Below, piece by piece: positions 1 to 9,358 of a stretch of DNA of 59,254 nt. Location of the stretch: assembly GCA_964368275.1 (NCBI GenBank), contig CAYJAQ010000002.1:1-59254 (forward strand), given 5' to 3'. Position 1 is the first letter of the stretch, and every line of letters begins with the position of its first letter. The position numbers and the translations under genes are program-made. The notes below the pieces were generated by a model that was given only the letters and a program-made list of their open reading frames with translations, was not told the origin of the DNA and searched no databases. This stretch comes from an uncultured Staphylococcaceae bacterium (GTDB taxonomy: Bacteria; Bacillota_I; Bacilli_A; ML615J-28; CAG-313).

Positions 1-1099
1 GGGTACTTTTACCAATTCCATTAAAGCCAGTAATCGCAATTTTCTCACCACTTTTAACTTGAAAAGATATCGGTGGCAAAAGTGAAAAATAATAACCTAT
101 TTCCAAGTTCTCCACTTCTAAAAATTTATGAGAAGCAATTGGTTTATAATTAAATGTCATATGCATTTTGGTACTACCCGTTTTCGGTTTTTCCAAAACA
201 TCCATTTTATCAAGTTTCTTTTGACGGCTCTTTGCCATATTCGCAGTTGAAGCACGTGTTTTATTCTTTTTAATATAATCCTCTAAGCGTGAGCGTTCCT
301 TAATATTAGCATCATATTCACGTTCATAGTTTTCAAGCATCATCGCTTTCTTTACTAAATACTCTTGGTAATTGCCTTTATACTTAGTCACTTTGCCGTA
401 ACCAATATCTAAAATACGATTTACGACATTATCAAGGAATTCTTGATTATGTGAAACAATCAGAAATGCACCCTTAAATTCTTTTAAGTATTTGACAAGC
501 CAGTCAACGTGAACAGTATCTAAAAAGTTAGTCGGTTCATCCAAAATAATCAAATTAGGATTTTCTAATAGCAACTTAGCTAAAATAACTTTTACTTTTT
601 GACCACCACTTAGTTTCCCCATTTCGGTGTTAATGCCATATTTGTTAATACCAAGACCAGTAGCAATTCGCGCAATAACAGAGTCAAGTGCATAGAAACC
701 ATCGCGTTCTAATTGTTCTCGGCAATTACTTGCCTTATTAATTAAGCTATTAAGTTCTTCTTCATCGGTAACCCCTTGGGTGGCATTTAAAAAACTATTC
801 ATCTTTTCATTTAATTCATATTGCTTCTTAAATGCACTTTTTAAATATTCAATAATCGTAATCTTTTTATCAATCTTTAAGTATTGGTCCAAATAGCCAA
901 CCTTGATATTTTTATCAAAAGTAACTGTTCCTGAATCTGGTATTACTTTATTACCAAGTATTTGGATTAGCGTCGACTTTCCTACTCCGTTATCACCAAC
1001 AATACCAATTTTCTCATTTTCGAATATTTTGAAAGATGCATTAGAATATAATACTTTCTTATCATATGATAAACATAAATTTTCAACTTCTAATAACAT
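1..1099 (-). CDS. ABC-F family ATPase (soluble, two NBDs); N-terminal ~366 codons only, 3' end lies beyond the window edge
   Basis: Not in the ORF track. My translation of the minus strand from the ATG at 1097-1099 gives MLLEVENLCLSYDKK...GDNGVGKST (Walker A), LSGGQKVKV (signature) and ILDEPTNFLD (Walker B). A basic linker follows (KERSRLEDYIKKNKTRASTANMAKSRQKKLD), then a second NBD begins (GFNGIGKST). Confidence 0.85.
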   Translation of the reverse strand, partial: MLLEVENLCLSYDKKVLYSNASFKIFENEKIGIVGDNGVGKSTLIQILGNKVIPDSGTVTFDKNIKVGYLDQYLKIDKKITIIEYLKSAFKKQYELNEKMNSFLNATQGVTDEEELNSLINKASNCREQLERDGFYALDSVIARIATGLGINKYGINTEMGKLSGGQKVKVILAKLLLENPNLIILDEPTNFLDTVHVDWLVKYLKEFKGAFLIVSHNQEFLDNVVNRILDIGYGKVTKYKGNYQEYLVKKAMMLENYEREYDANIKERSRLEDYIKKNKTRASTANMAKSRQKKLDKMDVLEKPKTGSTKMHMTFNYKPIASHKFLEVENLEIGYYFSLLPPISFQVKSGEKIAITGFNGIGKST

Positions 1100-1100
1100 A

Positions 1101-1613
1101 TTATGCCTCTTTCGTTAGCTTCTTTTCCATTATATAATCATCCATCACATAGCCACTACCAATATCAGTAACTACCGCAGCAATTTTTACAAAACCATAA
1201 TGCTCATAAACATTAATGCTATGTTCATTATACTTATTAACAGTAAGCCAAATTCGTTCTATTGTATACTCTTTAGCATATGTTTCAAGAAAATGCATAA
1301 CATCTTTGGTATAACCATGACCGCGGCTGCTTTTTAATAAATATAACTTACTGAGGAACAACCCATCAACATCTACTTTAATACCAAAATAACCTAAGCG
1401 TTTGCCATCATCTAAAAAATAATAGTTGTAGCCATCTGCTAACTGAGCAGTAATTGCCTTTATTGATTGATACTTATCAACCATATAATCAATTTGGTCA
1501 GTAGTTAATATTATCGGAAAAAACTCATGCCAAACAGTATTTGCTAAAGATGCTAATTCCGCAATATCCGTTGGTTTTACATTAATAATCTGCATTTTCA
1601 TCACCTTTTTCAT
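1101..1613 (-). CDS. GNAT family N-acetyltransferase
   Basis: 170-aa ORF with a GNAT-like core (RGHGYTKDVMHFLETYAKE, NEHSINVYEHYGF). An AAGGTGA SD favours the ATG at 1595 (MQIINV...) as the true start. Confidence 0.75.
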   Translation of the reverse strand: MKKVMKMQIINVKPTDIAELASLANTVWHEFFPIILTTDQIDYMVDKYQSIKAITAQLADGYNYYFLDDGKRLGYFGIKVDVDGLFLSKLYLLKSSRGHGYTKDVMHFLETYAKEYTIERIWLTVNKYNEHSINVYEHYGFVKIAAVVTDIGSGYVMDDYIMEKKLTKEA

Positions 1614-1644
1614 ATATTATATCATATTTTTCACTTTTTGAAAA

Positions 1645-1675
1645 CTAAAAAGCAGGCGAACCTTAATTCGCCTGT
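1645..1675 (-). terminator. Rho-independent terminator downstream of htrA
   Basis: Minus-strand stem CAGGCGAA/TTCGCCTG with a 6-nt loop, followed by a T-run. Confidence 0.7.
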
Positions 1676-1680
1676 TTAAA

Positions 1681-2934
1681 TTATGCTTTTAATGCTGCTT
1701 GAATAGTAACAACTTTATCAAGCGAACGAGAGTAATAAACAATATCGACAACGTCACCTACTTGAAAATCTACTAGTGAATTAAGGCGAGCTGAAATAAT
1801 ATGAGTTCTGGTAATCTTAACACCACCAACACTTAAAATAATATCATGTGGTTGTACTCCTGTACCTTTTAGGGTTGCATCATTGACTTCTATTACATAA
1901 ATACCATAACGAGTTTCACCTTCGTAAATATCAGGAATAGATTTAATATCTTCATCTTGTTCAATTTGATAGTCTGATAATGCACGTACCTCAGTTCCTA
2001 AAATACCTAAACGAGCACGGACAATCTCACGGTCTTTTTCAATATAGTCATTAGCAATTGTGTAAGCTACGTTTGATGGAATAGCAAATCCCATATTATC
2101 AATATCACTAGAAACTAATTTTAGTGTATTAATTCCTAAAAGCTCTCCATAAATATTGAACAATCCACCACCAGAGTTACCAGGGTTAATCGCAACATCA
2201 TGTTGAATATAGGTTGCTGAAAAATCGCTTGTGCCATCATCATCAGTATCGGTGTCAAAATAACGTAATGGTCCACTGATAACACCGAAAGTTACAGAGT
2301 TATAATAATCATAACCATCCGGATTACCTACGGCAATTGCGAAACTACCACTTTCAATTTCGTCACTATCAGCAATCACAACTGGCTCAAATAGTGTAGT
2401 ATGTTCAAATGTTATTACAGCAATATCAACTTTACTATCTGATCCAAGGACGGTTGCTTTAATTTCTTTGTCTTCATTGCCTAAATATGCATAAATATTG
2501 TATCCTAATGCCCCGTCTACTTCGCTGCCATCAATAACATGACGGTTAGTTAGTACATAGTATTTGTAGGCCTTAACAACATTATTATCAATGACTGCTT
2601 CTCTTTTATAAATTACCCCACTACCTAAAGAATTACTATGATCGGTAGTTCCTGATACAGTGCTTGGCATAATAGCTTTGCATGTCACACCAATAACTGA
2701 ATTTTTAACTTTCTTATATGCTTCTTGAACAGCCGTTTGAAAGTCTTCAACGCTCATCGTCTTATATTCCACAACTTTTTGGGTAATCTCTTGCGTAATA
2801 CTGTTGCTAGGTTGTGTTCCTACTAATAAATCATCTGCCCAGTCATCGGAAAAAATGCTACATCCCGTAAGTAAAAAACCACCCAATACTAATACCATTA
2901 TAAATGGTAAAATTCTCATTCTTTGATTCTTCAT
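1681..2934 (-). CDS. htrA: HtrA/DegP-family S1C serine protease with C-terminal PDZ domain; lipoprotein-type signal (LLTGC)
   Basis: Trypsin-like motifs TNRHV and GNSGGGLF. C-terminal PDZ-like segment. N-terminal lipobox. Lies directly downstream of the HK/RR pair. Confidence 0.85.
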   Translation of the reverse strand: MKNQRMRILPFIMVLVLGGFLLTGCSIFSDDWADDLLVGTQPSNSITQEITQKVVEYKTMSVEDFQTAVQEAYKKVKNSVIGVTCKAIMPSTVSGTTDHSNSLGSGVIYKREAVIDNNVVKAYKYYVLTNRHVIDGSEVDGALGYNIYAYLGNEDKEIKATVLGSDSKVDIAVITFEHTTLFEPVVIADSDEIESGSFAIAVGNPDGYDYYNSVTFGVISGPLRYFDTDTDDDGTSDFSATYIQHDVAINPGNSGGGLFNIYGELLGINTLKLVSSDIDNMGFAIPSNVAYTIANDYIEKDREIVRARLGILGTEVRALSDYQIEQDEDIKSIPDIYEGETRYGIYVIEVNDATLKGTGVQPHDIILSVGGVKITRTHIISARLNSLVDFQVGDVVDIVYYSRSLDKVVTIQAALKA

Positions 2935-2944
2935 ATTTCCTCCA

Positions 2945-4390
2945 TTAATTAAACTTGTCTATCTCTACAGGTGCAATTGGCATTGTAAACCAAAATTCGC
3001 TTCCCTTGCCTAATTCACTGTTACAACCATATTCATAATGATAATTCTCAAGAACTGCTTTGACTATTGAAAGTCCTAAACCCGAGCCAATTGTTGCTCG
3101 TTGATGTGTTTTGTCAACCTTGTAATAACGATTCCAAACATTCTCAAGATCTTCTTCAGCAATACCAATACCATGATCAATTACGGAAATTGTCACGGTA
3201 TTATCTTTATTAACGATTTGTCTAACTATAACTTGTCTATCATCCCCTGCATAATTAGTCGCATTACTAATAAAATTATAAATCACTTTGCTAATTTGAA
3301 TTTCATCAGCAATAACTTCAACCGACCGATCAAATTCAAAAGTAATCTTACAAGCTAATTGTTCTAAAAGTTTACTATTACGATTAATAATACTTTTAAT
3401 GCTTTCAGTTAATGAATAGCGTTCATTATTCAATTGCTCATTACCACTTTGCAACTTAGTCAGCGACAAAATATCATTTACCAGGGATGTTAAACGTTTT
3501 GCCTCATCAATAACAACCTGTAAATTGGCAGAATTAACTTCTTTCGGATAATCACGCATCATTTCACTATAGCCAACAATTAATGTAATTGGTGTTCTTA
3601 AATCGTGTGAAACATTAGCAATTAATTCCTTTTGATAACGATCTAACTTACCAAGTTCTCGTGCCGCATAGTTCAAAGTGTCTTTTAGTTCACGCACTTC
3701 GGTAAACCCATGAGCTTCAAAAATCGTACCATAGTCACCTTTAGCAAGCCGTTTAGCTGATCTACTAATTTCAGCAAGTGGATAAGAAACGATTCGGTCA
3801 AGAACTAAAGCAAAAATAATAGCTAAAAGAATAACAAACACAGTTATTAGTTTAAACTGAGCACTTAATACCGAAGCTACTGCGTTAACCATAATCAAAC
3901 GCACTTCAAAAACTAATAATACTTGTTGATTATTAATGGTAGATAGCTTGGAGAAGACAAATTTCTGAAAGTTTTCTTCAAATGATTCATTGGTAGCACT
4001 ATTAGAAAGGCGCTCCCAGGTACTGGTCAATTGATTTTGCTTAGCTAGACTAAATGTATCTACATCGCTAACACTCCAAACTCCATAAAGAATCTCTTGA
4101 GGGCCATTACCTTTGACTGAAATCCAAATATCAATCTCTTGTGCACTCGCAATATTACTTATCTGCTCGATTAAATCATTATTTTTCGGTAAATTTTTCA
4201 AATCACCATTTTTCTGTAATAAAGCAATTACGTGGTCAGCCGTATCATAGCATTCAGATTTCTTCTCAGCCTTATAGAAATTATTTAAAAAGGCTACTTG
4301 TAAAAGCCAAAATATCCCAACTATTATTATCGCAAAAATACAAAAACTGACAAAGATTTTCCATTTTAATTTAATCTGATCTCTTCTCAA
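2945..4390 (-). CDS. Sensor histidine kinase (2 TM, HAMP, HisKA, HATPase_c)
   Basis: H-box SHDLRTPIT, N-box NFISNATNY, G-boxes DHGIGI and GSGLGLSIV. Overlaps the RR gene by 20 nt. Confidence 0.9.
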   Translation of the reverse strand: MRRDQIKLKWKIFVSFCIFAIIIVGIFWLLQVAFLNNFYKAEKKSECYDTADHVIALLQKNGDLKNLPKNNDLIEQISNIASAQEIDIWISVKGNGPQEILYGVWSVSDVDTFSLAKQNQLTSTWERLSNSATNESFEENFQKFVFSKLSTINNQQVLLVFEVRLIMVNAVASVLSAQFKLITVFVILLAIIFALVLDRIVSYPLAEISRSAKRLAKGDYGTIFEAHGFTEVRELKDTLNYAARELGKLDRYQKELIANVSHDLRTPITLIVGYSEMMRDYPKEVNSANLQVVIDEAKRLTSLVNDILSLTKLQSGNEQLNNERYSLTESIKSIINRNSKLLEQLACKITFEFDRSVEVIADEIQISKVIYNFISNATNYAGDDRQVIVRQIVNKDNTVTISVIDHGIGIAEEDLENVWNRYYKVDKTHQRATIGSGLGLSIVKAVLENYHYEYGCNSELGKGSEFWFTMPIAPVEIDKFN

Positions 4391-5057
4391 AACGATAACC
4401 TACCCCTCTTATGGTAACAATGTATTGTCCATAATCACCGAGTTTTTTTCGTAATAGTTTCATATGCGTATCTAATGTACGATCGTCACCAAAGAAATCA
4501 TAACCCCATATCTTAGAAAGCAACTGCTCTCGAGTAACAGCGACATTCTCATTCTTAATTAAGTATATTAATAATTCATACTCTTTTGGTGTTAATTCAA
4601 TTCTTTCCGAATTAATTGTTACAATCCGTGACAAATAGTCTATTTTAAAATCATCATATGAAAAAACATTTTGATCAATATTCTCAGATACCGGATGATG
4701 ATAACGCGAAAGCACCGCGCTCACTCGCATCATTAACTCTTTAGGTGAAAAAGGCTTCACAACGTAGTCATCAATCCCTAAATCAAAACCATGTAAGCGA
4801 TCATACTCTTCCCCACGGGCCGAAAGCATGATAATAGGAATGTCTTTAGTTTTACGAATTTCTTTAACTGCCGAAAAGCCATCAAGTTCAGGCATCATGA
4901 CGTCCATAATAACAATGTCATATTCGTTGTTTTTGACTTTATTAATGGCATCTAATCCATTTATCGCTTCTCCTACTTCGAATCCTTCAAAAGAAGCATA
5001 TTTCTTGATTAGTTCTCTTATGTTATTCTCATCATCTACTACTAATACTCTGTACAT
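4371..5057 (-). CDS. OmpR/PhoB-family response regulator
   Basis: Receiver domain (VVDDE..., DVMMPELDG, K in VVKPF) plus a winged-helix C-terminus (TIRGVGYRF). Confidence 0.92.
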   Translation of the reverse strand: MYRVLVVDDENNIRELIKKYASFEGFEVGEAINGLDAINKVKNNEYDIVIMDVMMPELDGFSAVKEIRKTKDIPIIMLSARGEEYDRLHGFDLGIDDYVVKPFSPKELMMRVSAVLSRYHHPVSENIDQNVFSYDDFKIDYLSRIVTINSERIELTPKEYELLIYLIKNENVAVTREQLLSKIWGYDFFGDDRTLDTHMKLLRKKLGDYGQYIVTIRGVGYRFEKRSD

Positions 5058-5169
5058 AAGAACACTCCTTTCATTTCCTTAATATTATAACACATTTCTT
5101 TTTAAAACACGTGAATTTTAAATGAAAATTATATGAAAAGCACTATATTAATCTTTTTTATTATAAAAA

Positions 5170-5198
5170 ATGAAGAATTCAAAAAAATATGGTATAAT
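5170..5198 (+). promoter_or_regulatory. Extended -10 promoter (TGgTATAAT) for tRNA-Thr/rarA
   Basis: TGGTATAAT at 5190-5198, about 12 nt before the tRNA 5' end. The -35 is weak (ATGAAG, 17-nt spacer). Confidence 0.55.
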
Positions 5199-5210
5199 AA
5201 TTGACATGGA

Positions 5211-5284
5211 GCTCCTATAGTTCAATGGCAGAACGTAGCAATGGTAATGCTAAAATGCTAGTTCGATTCTGGCTAGGAGCACCA
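5211..5284 (+). tRNA. tRNA-Thr (anticodon GGT), CCA encoded
   Basis: Hand-folded cloverleaf. Acceptor GCTCCTA/TAGGAGC, D stem GTTC/GAAC with a GG loop, anticodon stem TAGCA/TGCTA with loop ATGGTAA. T arm GCTAG-TTCGATT-CTGGC, discriminator A, then CCA. Confidence 0.93.
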
Positions 5285-5302
5285 TTAAAAAGTGAGGTAA
5301 GT

Positions 5303-6544
5303 ATGAAGCCGTTAGCGTATGTTATGCGACCTACTAATTATGATGACATCGTCGGACAAGACCAACTAGTTGGTAAAAATGGTGTTTTACGAAAAATGAT
5401 TGAAAACAAGAAAATCTTTTCCTTTATTTTATATGGTGCACCAGGTTGTGGTAAAACAACCATAGCTGAGGCGACCTGCAAAATGAGTAACCTACCGTCA
5501 TATCGTTTTAATGCATCTACCGATAATAAAGATATTTTAAAACAAATTGTGAATGAAGCACGCTTTAACGATGAAACTATCATTGTAATTGATGAAATTC
5601 ATCGTATGAAGAAAGACATTCAAGATTTTCTCTTACCATATGTCGAAAGTGGTGCATTAACCATGATTGGGCTAACGACAGTTAACCCCTATCACGCGGT
5701 GAATCCGGCTATTAGATCACGCTGTCATGTTTTTAAACTACGAGAACTTGATCATAACGACATGATGACTGTGTTAAAAAGAGCTTACAAGTTGATGAAT
5801 TTAACCTGCAAAGTTGACGAAAATGTTTATGAATATTTAGTTAATCTTGCTGGTAACGAAATAAGAACATTGATTAATAGTTTTGAGACATTAGTTTCAA
5901 TCCATCCCAATGAAGATATTACCATTGAAATGGCTACAGCGACACTCTTAAAAGCTAATGTCGCTATTGATGGTAACGAAGATAGTTATTATGACACCTT
6001 AAGTGGTCTCCAAAAATCGATTAGAGGCAGTGATGTAAATGCCGCTCTTCACTATTTAGCCAAATTGATTGTCGCTGATGACTTACAAAGTTTATCAAGA
6101 CGTCTATTAGCAATTGCCTATGAAGATATTGCTCTTGCTAACCCCACAATTGGCCCTCGTGTAAAAGCTGCCGTTGATGCTGCTCGTGAACTTGGAAATC
6201 CTGAAGCTAGACTACCGCTATCAGTAATTGTAATTGAAATGGCGTTATCGCCTAAATCTAACTCCGCTCTTATCGCCATAGACGCCGCTTTAGCCGATGT
6301 CGAAGCAGGTAAAGGTGGAAAATTGCCACTACACTTAAAGAACACTTATTCTTTTGACCCTAAGCAAAAAGCTTACCTATATCCTCATGACTATCCAAAT
6401 GCCTGGGTTGAACAACAATATCTACCTGACACTATAAAAGATGCCAAATATTATTATCCAAAAGACTCTTCCAAAATTGAAGAAAGTTTACGGGATCGTT
6501 ATTTGCAAATTGAAAAGTGGCATGACCAAAATAAAAAGGCCTAA
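5303..6544 (+). CDS. rarA: Replication-associated recombination protein A (AAA+ ATPase, MgsA/RarA family)
   Basis: MKPLAYVMRPTNYDDIVGQDQLVG..., Walker A GAPGCGKTT, Walker B VIDEIHR, and the C-terminal MgsA domain. The start was re-set to the ATG at 5303 (SD AGTGAGGT) because the track ORF start at 5201 overlaps the tRNA. Confidence 0.92.
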   Translation: MKPLAYVMRPTNYDDIVGQDQLVGKNGVLRKMIENKKIFSFILYGAPGCGKTTIAEATCKMSNLPSYRFNASTDNKDILKQIVNEARFNDETIIVIDEIHRMKKDIQDFLLPYVESGALTMIGLTTVNPYHAVNPAIRSRCHVFKLRELDHNDMMTVLKRAYKLMNLTCKVDENVYEYLVNLAGNEIRTLINSFETLVSIHPNEDITIEMATATLLKANVAIDGNEDSYYDTLSGLQKSIRGSDVNAALHYLAKLIVADDLQSLSRRLLAIAYEDIALANPTIGPRVKAAVDAARELGNPEARLPLSVIVIEMALSPKSNSALIAIDAALADVEAGKGGKLPLHLKNTYSFDPKQKAYLYPHDYPNAWVEQQYLPDTIKDAKYYYPKDSSKIEESLRDRYLQIEKWHDQNKKA

Positions 6545-6555
6545 GGCCTTTTTTA
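6535..6555. terminator. Bidirectional terminator between rarA and the LRR gene
   Basis: AAAGGCC-TAA-GGCCTTT hairpin containing the rarA stop codon. A-run upstream and T-run downstream. Confidence 0.7.
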
Positions 6556-6564
6556 ATTTACAAA

Positions 6565-7464
6565 CTAATTAGCTTTTTCTTCAGAATATACAATAGATAC
6601 CGTGCTTAGTAAATCATTATTGCGATTGATAATCCAGATATTGGACCACATTTCTTCAGTACCTTCGTAGAAAACCTTATTTAAGTTCTTACAGCCTTCA
6701 ACTGCGTACTCATTAATTGCCAGCAATGTCTTCGGTAAACGTAAAGTAACAATCATTTCACAATTATGAAAGGCAGCTTGATTTAAGCGCGTAGTGTTTG
6801 TTACAACAACTTCTTCTAAAGCCTTGGGAATCTCCGCAACATATGAGCTACCACTAGCATATGTTTGTTCCACGCGAATTGTACCTGCACTAGCTTCTTG
6901 ACCAAACATATAGCCAAATACTGCTTTCTCATTAATAGCAGTAGTACTATCAGAAGTCCCCACAAAAGGAATACTAAGCATTTTTAGATTATCACAAAGG
7001 CCAAAAACAGCAAAGCCAATTTCCTTAACAGTAGTAGGGATGACAATTTTGGACAATGAAGTACAACCGAAGAAAGCTTTATCACCAATTGTATCAAGCT
7101 GACTACCTGTATTAAAAATAACACCATTTAATTTAGTACAACCACTAAATGCTTCTTGACCAATTGCGAGCATATTCTTAGGAATGTTAATACTTGTAAT
7201 ATCAAGATTAGCAAAAGCCTTGTCAGCAATCTTTAAAAGTGGTTTTCCATTAACGTTAGGCGATAAACGGACATCCTTACCAGCACCTTCATATTTTAGT
7301 ACGCCATAGCCAACTATTTCTTTGGTTTCAGCATTACTGATCTCATAATAGTAGACACCTTTAGAGAAACCATTTTCGTCATAATAATCTTTATCACGGT
7401 TACATCCACCAAGCATAAGCAAAGCTATAAAGATAATCCCGAATATTAAAACTCTTTTTTTCAT
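6565..7464 (-). CDS. BspA-type leucine-rich-repeat (LRR_5) lipoprotein
   Basis: Lipobox LMLGGC. Repeated ...IGxxAFxxCxxLxxIxIP... units. Start set to the ATG at 7464 (GGAGG 7 nt upstream). Confidence 0.75.
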   Translation of the reverse strand: MKKRVLIFGIIFIALLMLGGCNRDKDYYDENGFSKGVYYYEISNAETKEIVGYGVLKYEGAGKDVRLSPNVNGKPLLKIADKAFANLDITSINIPKNMLAIGQEAFSGCTKLNGVIFNTGSQLDTIGDKAFFGCTSLSKIVIPTTVKEIGFAVFGLCDNLKMLSIPFVGTSDSTTAINEKAVFGYMFGQEASAGTIRVEQTYASGSSYVAEIPKALEEVVVTNTTRLNQAAFHNCEMIVTLRLPKTLLAINEYAVEGCKNLNKVFYEGTEEMWSNIWIINRNNDLLSTVSIVYSEEKAN

Positions 7465-7537
7465 ACATTCCTCCAATTTTTAACTATTATAACACATTCA
7501 GAGTTTTTTTTCAATTAATGCAGTAATATAAGCCTTA

Positions 7538-9274
7538 TTAACTCTTGAAACCCTTTTGAAAAGCGGTAATATTATCATTTGTTATCATTGCTAAACTAAC
7601 CCGTTTAACAATATCTTTCTTTTGAAGAAATCCCTCATCTGGTGCTAAATGCCGAACCGGTGTTATCCCTAAATACTTACTAGTAATTGCAAACTCCCCG
7701 CGGCCAAAAATACGGACATCAAAAAGGTTATCAAGTTGATTACTGATATTGATATCTTTACTGAGGTGAATAATAAAATAAAAGCCAGCAATTTTTCCTA
7801 CTTGCAAAAGATAGCATAATTGCTCAAGTGCTTGATTATTTGTCATAAGTTTTTCTAAACCATTAATGATTACAAAATACTTCATCATTTTTTCCGTATT
7901 CAACTTGTTATACTCATCAATATTATTAGTATTAGCATTATTAATAATTTCAATGCGCTCATCAATTGTTTTCTGAAGTTTAAGGAAACTTTCATCCAAG
8001 TAATTATAATATCCATTAATCATATTGACACTACTGATAGTTTGAAGTAAGTCAAAAATTAGAAAATTGCCACTAGCAGATGGATACTTATAACAAAGCA
8101 TACATATTAACGCAATTAAAAACTGATTAACATGACTATCGTCATCACCGACAATTATCACTCGCTGATCACTTATCATGTTAACAATTAATACCGTATT
8201 ATCAGTGGCTATTCCTATTGGTAATAGTAAATTGTTTTTATATTCGCCCTGACGGAGGAGTAATGTTTTAAAGTGAGCAGTTTCGGAATAAAGGTTCTTC
8301 ACTTGAATGACAATTTTTCCACAGGTTAAATCTTTAGTTAGTAAAAAATCATCTTCTATTGTTCGTTTTAATTTCATGTATAAAGCATCCATACTAATAC
8401 TAGCTATAGTATCTATCAAAAAGGAAGTAACATGTAAACTAATCTCACATGCTATGTCTTTATAAAAGATATTCATATTGTTTAGAATACTACCTATAGT
8501 CTTCTTTAAATTCTGTGCATGTTTTTCTTCTACAATAATATACTTTTCACTAACAGGAACAGTAATATCATCTAACGATAATTTACGTATAACTGCTTTA
8601 GCAATTGTCTTTTTTACAATTTTTGTTCCTTCGCTCGTATTTTTCTTAATATCATATTTCATTGAATGGAAGAAACGTTTCACAAAATAAATAATTTTAA
8701 GAAGAAAGTGGCCAATCATGCCAATAAATTCCGAAATTGTTTTTTGCAAAGTAAAAGCAATTCCAACGAACAATAAACAAATAGTGATTATTACCGTACC
8801 AACACTTGCGAATAGGCTGTAACAAAGATAAAAAAAACAACCACCGATAACGCCGCCACCGACAATCATCCCATCTTGATAGTTTTTGAAATAATCAATG
8901 TATAGTTGAAAAGTTAATTTCACATAGTTATTCCCGAAACGGCTAACATAATTATGCATCGGGAAATGGGAGATAGTTAAGATCCCAATCAATATCAAAA
9001 TTACCCCAATAGTGCGCATATTCTTAAGCCGTAAAGGTTTATGATAAAGCAAGCAGCGCAAGCCATATAAGACAAGAGCCAAAAGGATAGCAAAATACCA
9101 ATCGCCAAAAGCAATTCGAAAACTCATCATAATATAATAACCTAAAGTTCCAAGCCGTGCAAGACCAAGAACCGGAATAATCAAACAAATAATACCAATA
9201 ATTTCATAATAAAATGTCAGTTCTTTTTGATTTTGTTCTATTGTTGTCTTCTTTTCCTTTGCCACTATAATCAC
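7538..9274 (-). CDS. FtsK/SpoIIIE-like membrane protein with degenerate (Walker A/B-less) motor domain
   Basis: N-terminal polytopic region resembling FtsK_4TM. The C-terminus aligns by eye to the FtsK alpha/beta core, but GxxGxGKS is replaced by GDDDSHVN, Walker B (hhhhDE) by VIINGL, and ATQRP by HLSKD. GTG start is uncertain. Confidence 0.65.
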   Translation of the reverse strand: MIIVAKEKKTTIEQNQKELTFYYEIIGIICLIIPVLGLARLGTLGYYIMMSFRIAFGDWYFAILLALVLYGLRCLLYHKPLRLKNMRTIGVILILIGILTISHFPMHNYVSRFGNNYVKLTFQLYIDYFKNYQDGMIVGGGVIGGCFFYLCYSLFASVGTVIITICLLFVGIAFTLQKTISEFIGMIGHFLLKIIYFVKRFFHSMKYDIKKNTSEGTKIVKKTIAKAVIRKLSLDDITVPVSEKYIIVEEKHAQNLKKTIGSILNNMNIFYKDIACEISLHVTSFLIDTIASISMDALYMKLKRTIEDDFLLTKDLTCGKIVIQVKNLYSETAHFKTLLLRQGEYKNNLLLPIGIATDNTVLIVNMISDQRVIIVGDDDSHVNQFLIALICMLCYKYPSASGNFLIFDLLQTISSVNMINGYYNYLDESFLKLQKTIDERIEIINNANTNNIDEYNKLNTEKMMKYFVIINGLEKLMTNNQALEQLCYLLQVGKIAGFYFIIHLSKDINISNQLDNLFDVRIFGRGEFAITSKYLGITPVRHLAPDEGFLQKKDIVKRVSLAMITNDNITAFQKGFKS

Positions 9275-9321
9275 CCAGTATATTAAACTACAAATAAAAG
9301 CAAAAAGGTGTAATTTTTTGC

Positions 9322-9350
9322 CAAAAGAAAAGCCAAGTTATCACTTGGCA
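9322..9350 (-). terminator. Terminator downstream of rpmG
   Basis: GCCAAGT-GATA-ACTTGGC on the minus strand, followed by TTTTCTTTT. Confidence 0.7.
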
Positions 9351-9358
9351 TCCTAAAA

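Noticed and set aside
5201-5302. N-terminal 34 codons of the track ORF 5201..6544 (TTG start, MTWSSYSSMAERSNG...)
   Set aside because: This stretch is exactly the tRNA-Thr gene read as protein. rarA has a good SD and ATG at 5303, and homologs begin MKPLA...
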